Made by a program: the position numbers and the translations under genes | Part shown: positions 52,865 to 64,000 of the stretch, in pieces | How positions within the stretch are numbered: the first letter of the stretch is position 1 | How the letters are laid out: the number at the start of each line of letters is the position of its first letter | Notes under the pieces: model-generated | Seen by the model: only the letters and a program-made list of their open reading frames with translations | Told to the model about the DNA's origin: nothing | Database searches by the model: none | Assembly (NCBI GenBank): GCA_047495785.1 | Contig: JBLDXI010000032.1 | Location: forward strand, 2,480,001-2,544,000 | Direction of reading: 5' to 3' | From: Lepidodermella squamata | Lineage: Eukaryota > Animalia > Gastrotricha | DNA: 64,000 bases

Positions 52865-53560
52865 TTAACCCCAAAAATTAGGCATATTTTCGAAAAATCG
52901 CGATGGCTCCAGTGTGGAATAACGTGGTGAGGATGGTGGATACGGTACCCGGCAGTTGGCCCTTTTTAGCCCATACCCGCCTTGAGACTAATATAATGAC
53001 TATTAGTCTCAAGGTACCCGCCGGGTATGACCGCAGTACAAGCAAAATAGTTGGGAACGTCAACCATTGTTTACAGTTTACAGCCAATCAAAGCATTTCT
53101 CGCACTGACTCCCTTTCAAACGCAGCTCGCAGCTGATTAGCCGGCACTAATAACTTCAGAGAGTGTGGCAGCGCACTAATGCTACATGATATACTGCGCG
53201 CGCCCGCTTCGAGCGTGCTCACGCAGTACGCCAGTCATCGCCAATTGCGAGCGAACGCAGTGCGCGATTGCGCGCGCGCCAGTAATGGAAAACGGGAATT
53301 TCTGTTAGCCGAATTTGTAATTTTCCAAGCAAAATGTTAAAAAATTCCTCAAGGAAAATGTCATGACTTTCCAAAATTTCCGGCGTGCCAAGCACGCCAT
53401 CATTGCATGTATTTCTAGCGCTTAGTTTCACACCACTTTGGAATAAGTTTTAGAAATGGAATAACCCATGCGAGCGATGCGGAACATCGCAAGCGCAATT
53501 TTTTTAAGATTTTTTTAACTCATACCCGGCAGTTGAAAGTTTCTATATTCCACACTGGAT

Positions 53561-53714
53561 GGCTCGCCCAAAACTTCTCAGTGCCGGTCTCTTAGCGCCA
53601 AATCATCCAGAAAATAGGCGCTTAAAAATGATGCGCATTGATATTAACGATACTGCTTGAACATGAGCGAAATCCTACTTTTTGTTGGAAACTCATTTCA
53701 ATGAAAAAAGCAAA
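53561..53714. repeat. ~160 bp dispersed direct repeat, copy 2
   Basis: See copy 1 at 51129-51287. Confidence 0.9.
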
Positions 53715-53868
53715 CGAATTTGAGGCTTCACTATCAGTTTATTAAAAGTTATCCGCGTAATATGAAAGCTGCAACATCGAAAGAGATTTGAGCACGAGAT
53801 ATGAGAAAAAACAACGGAATAGGTTATGTCATCACTAAACAATATCATCGTCAAATTTAAGCTGTTCA

Positions 53869-56800
53869 TCAGTTCCAATTGGCGATTCGAGGTCGGGCAT
53901 TCAGAATTTCTGCCTCAACGCTACGTTTCATTGAAAATCTAGCATTGTCCATCGGATCACGATTCCTGACGTCCCTCGCGTAGATATTAGCACCCGCATT
54001 GATCAGCGCTCGAGCCGTCACGCCGTTTCCAGGCCCCCGAAACGCACACATGTGCAACGGCGTCCGCCGCGCGTTGTTCACCGCATTGACATCCGCGCCA
54101 TGTTGCAAAAGCAGCTGTACTATGTCCACATTTCCACTCCCACTAGCGTTGTGAAGCGGCGTTCCACCAGTTTTACCATCCCGAGCTCGAACATTAGCGC
54201 CATGTTGGATCAACAGCTCTGCAACTGCGAAATGTCCGTAATGTGCGGCGAAATGAAGCGGGGTTTGTCGAAACATCGAATCATGCAACTCAGTATTCGC
54301 CCCACGAGCTAGCAACGCCCTAGCCGCTGCTGTCTTACCCTTCTGAGCTGCTATATGAAGAGCCGTTTTGTTATGCTGGCCGAACTCGTTCACAAGAGCT
54401 CGGTTATCAAGCAGCAACGTGACCAAATTCGGGTTGTTCGTTATTGTGGCAATATGTAACGCGGTGTGTTGTTCGGCGTTTTTCAAGGCGGTATTCGCGC
54501 CGTGACGTAGCAAAGCTCGAACAGCCTCGATATGGCCGAGCAGGGTGGCACGATGAATGGCGTAGTCCCGGTTCTGGTCTCGCGTTTCGTTCACGATTCT
54601 TCGCCCATGCTGCGCGACTAGTCTATCGATAGCAGCCACGTCGTTTCGATCGGCGGCTGCGATCAGCTGATTGACGGCTACGTTCAAATCTGCGACGGGT
54701 TGAGCTGGTCCGAGAACAACGACCGGCGTACCGTTTGGCCGATTCGGGGCACGCCGTTGAACGAGAACGGGTGTTTTTGGCGCAGAGACTGTTAGCGTGG
54801 CGAGGGTAGCATTGACGACGGCTAACGGGTCGACAGGGTCCGATGAGCTTTGCTTGGAATTACCGGCCAATCGGGCGGTTTTCTGCCGTTCCAAAGCTGC
54901 TTTGGCTTCGGCCTAAAAATACATTAGAAATTGAGATACATGTTGAATGCTGCGCAATTTAAAGAGGGTCGGTCGATTTTCTCGACTCCTCGATTTCTTA
55001 GACACTCCCAGTTATTTAAAGGTGCAACGATCATCGGCTGTTTGTTCACTTCAAACAAGCTGTTATCCGGTGGATTCAACAGAACGGTCTGATTGCGAAC
55101 TAACTCGACAAAAACTCAGTTGGCCAAGCGACTCATGGCGCTGCCTTTGGTGCCAGCTCGTAAGGTGGCTAATGCGCTCCAGATCATCAAGTATTCTGCT
55201 CCAGCCCAAGATCGTGATCGTTGGTCTCGCTTTCTCGCTTACTTCGAGAGACCTCGTTTTACCACGCTCAGGCCAGCTTTCTGGAGCCGTCTCCACCGTA
55301 GAAATGCGGGCTAACAACCACGTCGAGGGCTGCATTATCGAACAGTTTGTAGCAAGCTAGTTGTGAGAATGAGGTGGAAAATGATCATGAAACATATGTA
55401 TGCAACTACGTCTCTGGTCATTGGTTCAATGTAAACTTTATTCATCGTCTGTCAGTTTTTTCTTTGCCGCGTGTCGGGTTGACAACCGTCACGGTTTCCG
55501 ACCATGCAGCGCTACAATGGCTCGTCTCACATATGGAACCGTCGCAAAAGGATGCAGCGCTGGATTTCGGTTTCGCAAAAATGTAAACGAAAATTGTGTA
55601 GTTAGAAAACTAACAGCTAGTCATTGGCAACTCGAAGACGAGGATAGGCGAACGATAGGTGAGGCGAACGAAGTGAGAGCGGAGAGAACCCACGAAAAAC
55701 CTCTAATTCCTGCGTTTTCTAGCAATACAATTTTCGCGAGTTCCAATTTCAATTTCTATTCAGTTTTCACCAAACAGGCCACTCATCTTGAACAAACTTT
55801 AACACTCGACTTCATCTGAACAAATTACGTCTTTCGACAAGCGGATTGATGTGAATATCCTTTAGACCCTATTAGACCCTTAGAACTTCGAAATGTACTA
55901 TTACGTAGGTATGTAAAACCAATCCATTTCGAAGCTCACCAATCTGGGGTTTCCCCATTGAATAAACCAAGAGTTGAAAAGCCAATAGCAGCTTTCTTTC
56001 AGTGAAACAAGCCAATCACTTATCAACTTACATCGATTCTTTTGATTCTTTCAGCATCCTCGGCAGCTGGGTCAATCCACAGCGAGCATTTCCGGCACTG
56101 GTCGCACGGCTCGCCAGGGTTTCGGGGGTGTTGGCAAAAGTGATCGTATCCAATGAAAGGTTCGCGGCAAACGTAACACATAGTCGCCTTACAGCTGCAT
56201 GTCATTTTATTACAGCCCTCATTTTTCACCAACGGCGTACGGCATTTCGGACACGGTCGAACCAGCTCGGCGGTCATGCGCTCTTCGAAAAGTTGACGAA
56301 TTTTAGTTTCATCTGTCGTTTCCAATTCTTCACAGCTTTTTCCACGATGTTCGGCTGTCCAAGGCTGTTGGCAACGTCGGCAGCTCGCATGTTTGCAAAC
56401 TACACATTCCAGCACTTGAACACTGCTTTCCAACTCGAACACAGTCTGGCACTTGGGGCATCTAAACAAAATAAATAAAAAATCTTAATGCTCTAAATTT
56501 TGAAATTTCACCGAACAATATCAGCAAGATCGGCTTGATTAATGTTGGCCATCGCAATTCTTTCGTCGAGTTTTTCCATCAATTCATTAGGCAGGCGCTG
56601 GGTCAGTACATCTGGACATCAATGATTCATTTTAAATTGTTAAATTTCGAAAAATTGAGCATACTTTGAGAAAAAGGTGCCGTGCATTCATTTTCCATGC
56701 ATTCAAGATAGCCCTTGTGGAAAATAAAATAAAAAATTGCGCAACTTTTCAGTTTCAAATTACCTGTTTAACACCATCTTGGATTTTAGCGTTAACGTAT

Positions 56801-57898
56801 TCAATCAGGCAAGATTGGCAGTAGATGTGTCCTTCGACACAAGTAACAAGCGCATCGACCGTGACTTCATCATCGCATATCAAACAATGCACAGGTTTAC
56901 TCTCCGATTTTGCCGTTCGCAATTTTGCCAACTCAGTAGCAAGACGTGGGTGAGTAACATTTATCGGAACTAACGAAACTTTTCTCACGACTTTCAATAG
57001 CTCGTACTTATTTTCTGAAAAAGAACATAATTAAACAAATCCACCTTAATATTCGCCAATTCACCTCCATTGATTATATGAGTACGCCCCTTCGCTTTTG
57101 TCAAAACCTGATCGAGCCTTCGAGGGTACTGCGGGTGAACAGGGTCAATAGCGCCTAAATTAACATCTTCCTCAGCAAGTTGCGACGAGATCAAACTGAG
57201 TAAAAATGTCCGCGTAGCAGAATACTCTTTGTTATTCAACTTGAAAGCACTTTTGATGGCGTTGACGAAAAACCAACGGAATTCGTTATTCAATAATTGC
57301 ATCGTCTCCGCCTCGTAAACCTCGGGCAGATAATTTGGGTCGTCCATGTCCATGCTATCAGAACAGCCGGGCGAAGTCGTGAATACCGATGATCTCAAGC
57401 CAGGCTCCGCAGTTGCGGGTCGATCCAAGCCCAAATCACCACCTCCCGCCGCGATGGGAAGTAGCGAATTTTCATCAGGCGGATGGAGATTGATTGTTGG
57501 GAATCGGTCTTGTAAATTTTCAATGGCACTCATAGCCCGACGAGGGGCGTGTTTCGGATAATTCGGTGTCATAAATATTCGTTCGAGAATCAATTGAACC
57601 ATTTGGAAAGTTATATCTGGATTGTAATTTTCGTTGGTTTCAACCGGCAAGTCAAGTCCTTCGCTATCATCCAACTCATTTTCGGGTATAGGAGGCGGCA
57701 AAGCTGGGATGTTTAGGAAACGCTTCCGATTAGCAGCCACCTCACTCTGCTGCTTCATGACATCGGCTACTAGAGCGCTTAGAAATTTCCGATTACAATC
57801 TGGAATTACTTCCAGCTAACAATTATACCATTAAAATCAAATCAAATTAAAATTTTGAATTATCTTACCGCCGCATTGAAAATTTGAATAGCGGACAT
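53869..57898 (-). CDS. RNF216/TRIAD3-like RBR E3 ligase fused to C-terminal ankyrin repeats (gene A)
   Basis: ATG 57898; RING1 CLIC..C..GHIYCQSC; IBR; RING2 VKNEGCNKMTC..YDHFCQHPRNPGEPC..CSLWIDP; phase-0 intron 56031-54913 joins RID|AEAK to an exon with about 6-7 ankyrin repeats. Confidence 0.82.
55040..55335 (+). mobile_element. Degenerate Mutator/MULE transposase fragment (intronic)
   Basis: LMALPLVP..RFLAYFE..FWS, then frameshifted RANNHVEG (RTNN..EG motif). Confidence 0.75.
55480..55566 (+). mobile_element. Ty3/gypsy RNase H-like remnant (intronic)
   Basis: TVSDHAALQWL...EPSQ then frameshifted RMQRWI resembles TDHxALxWL..PSxRxxRW. Confidence 0.55.
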
Positions 57899-58557
57899 AG
57901 AGATTAATGCATAAGGTTTAAGTAATGCCTATAATTTAAAAATTGGAAAATGAATGCTATTGCTGAGTTTATTTTATTCCCCACAAGCGACGAGTACCAA
58001 ACAGATAATAAACAAAAATGAACTTGATCAACAAAAGCTGTTCATGATTGATAGCGAATAGACTTTAGAGAAGCGATTTCTGCATTAATTTACTATTTTT
58101 CAACTTTAAATTTACAACTTCATCTCACAAAAATCCCCAAAGTTCCTCGCGGATTGATTTCAAGCACAGAACACGTAAATTATGGCGTCTTGGTCCCGTT
58201 TTGAGCCGGTTAGCTAAGTAATGCCGAAATCGCTTATCGGTCTATACAAAACAGCAACACGAGTTTAGAATAAGCTAATCGACAATTTTCCGAATAAGAA
58301 CAGACGGAACACAATTCGTGTGAAAAATGCTTCTCAACGATAAAAGAAGCAAGCCATTCTCGTTTAAAAGCGCGATTACAAGAATACAGAGTTTCGTTGA
58401 CTGTTATACACGATGTATAAATGCTTGTGTTAGATAAATTGATTAAAATAAGATATCAGATGACTGAAAAACGACTGGATTCATTAGCAGGTATTTCACC
58501 AAAGTACTGGTGCCTCGGTAAGACATTTCCATGACATTGCTTGTTGAGAAAAATTCA

Positions 58558-61500
58558 TCACGACTGTTTAGCACGCTTGTTACTTTTAGAAAAAGAATCG
58601 TCATAATGAGGATCACTGGGTTCAGATCGCTTCAAAGATCCATCGCGATTTTCCTGAGCTTCGCCGAAAAATATATCGATAAGATGTTCTTGTTTTCCGG
58701 CCAGTGCCGAGTCGACAGGGGTATTGCCGAGCGCATCGACCGCCTGGCAATTAGCACCTCGCTCTTTCAGAAGCCTCACAATATCGCCAAAGCCAAAATA
58801 CGCTGCAAGATGTAACGGCGTAGCCCTGCTAGTTTCATCAGTTACGTTGATACTAGCCCCATTGTCGAGCAGGAACCTCACCAATTCGATGTGGCCGTAT
58901 GAACTCGCTAAATGAAGCGGGGTTCGGCCGAATTCGCCTGGAACGTCGATTCCGGCTCCTCGTTGATGTAGTAGCCGGGCAATGTCGAGTTGCCCCAACC
59001 CAGCTGCGTAGTGTAGCGGCGAATTCCGCGCACGGTTACTCGACCAGACTTTACACCCGAAATTCACGAGAGTTTCAACAGCAGGTAAATTCCGAGCCTT
59101 GATGGCTGCATGGAGTATGGAATCGCCCTCTGCATTGATCGCGTCTCTTACAATGAACTGGCCATGTTGAGCTAAAACATCGCGAATGGTTACCAAATCG
59201 CCATCATCAACCGCTTTGAACAATGCTTCGCCGGGTTTTGCGTATTTCCGTTTCGGCAAATCAGCCGAATTCGCTGCCATGGCTGCGGCCACGGGCGGAC
59301 GTGGCGCTTGATTGGACGATAAAATTCGTTGCGCCTGCTGGTTTTGGCGGACGCCATTCATAATTTGACCTGCTGCTGCTGCTCCAGTTCGAGGTGGCTC
59401 GATAACAACGGGCGGCAGTGGCATGTTATTTCGGGTGGGGGGCCTCACGACTTTTTCAGCGGCGGCTTCAAATCGACGCATTGCCTCCTGTCTTTGCATA
59501 GCACCATTAAATTGCAGATCGGCTTGTTCCCTGGCGGAGAGTGCTTGCTGATCAGCTCTTCTAGCCGCCTGCCGCTGAGCCTGGGCGGCTTCAATCCGAG
59601 CCTGGGCTGCTCGAAGCTGGGCTATTTCAGCTTGCCGCGCCGCCATAGCTCGTTCATGGTGCATCCTTGCCATACCAGCTTGCTGAAGAGCCATAGCCTC
59701 GATGTGACGGGCGTGTAGGACTTCTGCCGGTATGTGAGCTCCTCTAGGATGCCGTCCCTGAGCGGCACCGTTCTGTGGAAAGACATGATTGATATTCGGA
59801 AATGGCGCCACACCAGGAACAACGGGTAATACCTGCGGCATCCCGGGCATGCCACCTGGAAATCCGGGCCTTATAGGGAGTCGAACTCCATGTCCCATTA
59901 GGTGGGGTGGGAAGATCACGGGTCCGTGGTTATGTGGCGCAATAAGTGCAGGCGCGGCCGCTGCAGCTAACCGTTTAGCCTTTAGGACGTCCATGTCCTT
60001 CTTATGATCAGCGGCCAGCTTTTCCAGCTCCGATTTGTCAGCTTTACCCAGTTCGACGAGTTTATTGACACGATCCATATCAGCCACATACTTCGCTTCC
60101 GCCTGAAACAGAGTAATAATTAATAATGGATCGTTTCAATGTTCTTCCTTCAAATTATTTGCCCAAAAAATTCTAGATTTCAGGTGCTTGACCTAATCTA
60201 ATTGGCCAGACTTGGGATTAGTCTCAAGCTCAGGTCACAATTTTTTAATCGGCTCAATCGGGTCAAGCTACCTTAATGGCGGGAAGCAGTGATAAATACC
60301 GCAGCAAATTCGAAACTTTGGACAGTTTTACGTCTAGAGTTGAGGAACAGATATTGCTTTTTAACTCTCGCTGAATTCTTTACTGAAATTTGTGATTCAA
60401 ATGCATTTGCTATGCTTGGAAGCTTGAAACCAGATTGAAAACCATTTAAATGGTCAAATATCTAAAACAAACCTCAAGTTCCCCAACAGTAAGGTTGTCT
60501 TGGGCAGCCGGGTCTACCCATAGCTTGCATTTCTTGCACTGACCACATGGCATGCCAGGATTAGTAGGATGATTGCAAAAATGATTGTAATCGATGTTTG
60601 GTTCACGGCAGATGTAACACATTTTACCACCGCATGAACACGTTAGCTTATTGCAACCTTGATTTTTCACCAAAGGCGTTTTGCATTTCGGACATTTCCG
60701 AATTACGGCTTCAGTCATTTTCTCCTCGAGAGCGCGACGCGCTGCAGTTGCATCATTCGACTCGAGTTCTTCACACTTCTTCCCAGCATGCTCAGCCGAC
60801 CACGGAACATGGCAGTGCCGACAACTATGATGCTTACAAGAAGCGCAGGCTAAAACCTGTACTTCAGCTGGCAATTCGAACTGCATCTGGCACTTTGGAC
60901 ACCGGACTAGGTCGTCTATCGAAGCTTGAATGATATTCGAGGCCGCGATACGCTCATCTAAACGAGCTAACAAATCCTCGGGAATGCAACTGGTTAGTAA
61001 TGCTGAAAAAATTGAAATTAAAATGAGATCATTCTAGCAAAATGTGACTTACATCTCGCAAAAGGTGCCTCGCAGTTATTTTCCATGCACTCCAAAAATC
61101 CGTGTTTGACTCCGTCTTGGATTTTATTTTTGACGTAATCAGTCAGGCAGGGATTGCAGAATAAATGCCCCTCGCAGCAAGCGACCATCTTGACAAAATC
61201 AGTCTCGCAAAAACAGCATTGACACTCAAGTTGGCCACCTGAATGGCCGCCGGCTGATGACGACCTGGTTTCCTCATCAACCGATAAACCGCCCATTGCG
61301 ACAAGCGGCTGCTCTGATGATTTAGTCAAGTCATCAGCGCTTTTCGATTTCGCAGCATTGCTTGATGAAGCAACATTTGAATGACTAGCCCCACTGGTAC
61401 TTGGCATGTCGAGGTTTTGCGATTTAACGGGGCTTTCAGGTCTCGGGTCTGGAGGATTATTCGGTCCGGCAGGTGTGTAGCCATTATTAAACAGGTCTTC

Positions 61501-61736
61501 AACTATCATCTGAGACAATTCCCCGACCATTTCCTCGCCCAATTCAACCTGGTCAAAGGGCACATTGCCATCGCCCAACACGCCGGTATTCACCAGCAGC
61601 GTTGAAATTTTGTTTTTCAGGAAGGTAGCATCGCAATCAGGTATAATTTCTGTCTGGGAAAAACGATCAACAGACGTTGAAGATAGAGAATTTTTAAATC
61701 TTTTTCACGTACCACTGCTTTGAAAATAGCAGCCAT
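58558..61736 (-). CDS. RNF216-like RBR E3 ligase with Pro/Ala/Gln linker and C-terminal ankyrin repeats (gene B)
   Basis: ATG 61736; RING1 ECQCCF..CCEGHLFCNPC; IBR; RING2 VKNQGCNKLTC..YNHFCNHP; phase-0 intron 60472-60103 joins ELE|AEAK to an exon with about 5 ankyrin repeats. Confidence 0.85.
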
Positions 61737-61920
61737 CAAGAACTCATTGCGTCTTCTACAACGATCTATAAAATTAAGGCGGATTTTTATCATGCAAAAT
61801 ATAATTTGTATTCATTTTTCTTTCTTTTCAACGATAATCGCAACAAAACGATGATATAGAACTCTAAATCTGGAGATTTCTCATTATATCAGAAACAAAG
61901 CATGAGATAGCCTAGCGTTT

Positions 61921-62646
61921 TCAGTCCATGTCATCAATGTTACAGCCTTCACTCAGTAAGACCGCCAGATCTTTAAAACCGCCCCGTTCAGCGGCTTCGC
62001 TCGGCGTGAGGCCATCGAAGTCGAGCGCGTTTAAATCGGCGCCGTATTCAACGAGTAGCTTCACCACGTCGGCCCGGCCGTAGTAAGCGGCTAGATGAAG
62101 CGCAGTCGCCCCGCTGTAGTCGTCAACGTCATCTAACGAGGCGTTGGATTTGAGTAGTAATTGAGTACAAGCTAATTCGCCGTAAGCGCTTGATAAATGT
62201 AATGGGAATCGGCCTAAATCGCCAGCCATAGATTTTGCACCGCATTTCAGCAACTTATCGACAACTTCAGGGTACCCCCAAGCAGCAGCACAGTGAAGGG
62301 CTGTATTACCCGCATCGTTTCTAATATTTACATCACAACCCGCCGCTACTAATTCTTCGATTGCGGCTGGATTGCAGCATTCGACGGCTTTGAAGAGTCG
62401 GGCGCAAAAATCGAGTTGAGCTTTGCCTGACGAACTGGTTTGAGCTTTCATAACAACTGGTTTCTTTGGATAGCCGTTTTGAAACAGGTCGTCAACGACC
62501 ATTTCAGCAACATGTGGCACAACTTCGGTTGACACGCGGATCGAGTTGAATTGAACGTCGGCAGATTCGATGTAATTGAGCATCTGCAATGTTCTGAGGA
62601 TTTTAGACTGCAAAAAGTCACTTTCACAGTCGGGCAGCAAATGAAA
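61921..62646 (-). CDS. Ankyrin-repeat protein with the RNF216-like N-terminal helical domain and no RBR (gene C); first exon not located
   Basis: LPDCESDFLQSKI..MVVDDLFQNGYP aligns with gene B IPDCDATFLKNKI..MIVEDLFNNGY; followed directly by about 4-5 ankyrin repeats. Confidence 0.8.
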   Translation of the reverse strand, partial: FHLLPDCESDFLQSKILRTLQMLNYIESADVQFNSIRVSTEVVPHVAEMVVDDLFQNGYPKKPVVMKAQTSSSGKAQLDFCARLFKAVECCNPAAIEELVAAGCDVNIRNDAGNTALHCAAAWGYPEVVDKLLKCGAKSMAGDLGRFPLHLSSAYGELACTQLLLKSNASLDDVDDYSGATALHLAAYYGRADVVKLLVEYGADLNALDFDGLTPSEAAERGGFKDLAVLLSEGCNIDDMD

Positions 62647-64000
62647 CTGAAAAACAAGAAAAAATATTCGTTTTTATCTAGAGTGGAGCTTGTCTTAGAT
62701 ATATATGTACGCGATTTCCCTGCTCGCACAAATGGGAATTAAATAGCTAATACTGTTAAATGGACACTCGCTACTTCAATCCAATAACAATCGACCTAGA
62801 TCAGGTTCGGCGACGGTTGACTAGAATGAATAACTTTCTTAGTGCTCCCTCGAAAAGGTCAGCTATTCATTGCGGTTTCGTGCCCGTGTATTTTTGTCAG
62901 CTTTTCTCTTCTGAGTACCGAACCGATAGATGTTGGTTGAAACGTCGCACGAATATATAACATCTTCATGAAATAAAATGACTCGAAACTGCACAAGTAT
63001 CTTGCTAAAATATCGTCTTTTCTCTTCTATTTCATTTTTTACTGACCTAATTGGCCGCTGATGGAAAGGACACCATAAAATATGTTATGTTTCTGTTTTT
63101 ATGTTCATCGCGCTGAGGTAGCTCAAACTATCGTTCTTCAATCGCTGGATATGGCCATTCTATCGCCGAAGTAATGGATGGCGCTGTGATATCACGCCAA
63201 GTTGATTGTAGAGTATGAAGATCTCGGAATCGCGGAGTTGAGATAGCCACAGGATATGCGTATCTATTCCCCATAGTTATGTGCGAATCAACATGACGTT
63301 GATGTTACACCACTTTGATAGCGATCAAGGAAGAAATAGGCCATTCACCCGCCACAAAACAATCGTTTTGTCTCGCTCGTAGTCAGGCGACGTTACTGTT
63401 TACATTACAAAGTCACTCTTTGGCAAATGCTCAGTCCTTTGGGCTTCCGCTTATGGGGTACTAGTTTCCGTCATCGACGATCGAGAAAAAGTCCTATTGG
63501 ATTGGCTATACCGCCACTGGCCACCGCCCAGAGTGGGTCCGTTCTAGATTACGCTTTGATCAACTTCGAAAGTTTCCATCGGATGGATAAGATGACCGTA
63601 ATAGATACTATGGACATTTCGGACCATCGATAGCCCGAGAAAAGCCCATCCTAGAGCGAATGCACATTGCACATTGACGAGAAAATCTTTGGTACAGAGC
63701 TGCGCAACATTCACCCTAACCCTAAAATCTAAACCTATGAACGAGCAGCCTCTTTTCAATAATTCGTGGCAATAAGATTTCTGCTTAAGAAGTTGAAAAA
63801 ACTTACGACTGAATTGAAAACTTCGGCCATCCCAAAACACTATCAACACAAAAATAAAACTCTATTCAATTAAAAAATTGCATATAAAGAAGAATCAGAT
63901 AATGAAAATTGGATTGAGTAAGAAATCATAACAAAGTTGGCACATTGAAATTAATTCTTTGAGTATTTATCGAACATCTTGACAATTTTTGGTAGCTTTC

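Noticed and set aside
63050-63850. Coding-like stretches at the right end
   Set aside because: Multiple stops and no recognisable family.

Overview
Eukaryotic, gene-dense invertebrate (metazoan) DNA with very short GT-AG introns (about 45-65 nt) and short intergenic gaps; the taxon cannot be fixed from sequence alone. About 25 protein-coding genes were assembled by hand from the ORF fragments. The first ~50 kb is mostly housekeeping and signalling: CABIN1 (partial), eIF3g, C1orf52, Galpha12/13-like, JNK, selenoprotein S with in-frame TGA and a clear SECIS, three tandem SLC17 transporters (one carrying an antisense DUF288/STELLO-like gene in an intron its paralogs lack), BTBD16, UBFD1, NudE, OGDH, MGRN1/RNF157, TIGAR-like, USP39, a double-Ly6 mucin and two TGN38/KCT2-like paralogs. 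The last ~13 kb is an accessory region rich in transposon debris. It holds the main finding: two RNF216/TRIAD3-type RBR E3 ligases that splice in frame onto C-terminal ankyrin-repeat exons, a third paralog that keeps the shared N-terminal domain and ankyrins but has no RBR, and an adjacent trypsin-like pseudoprotease. Gene identities rest on recalled motifs, not on database searches.
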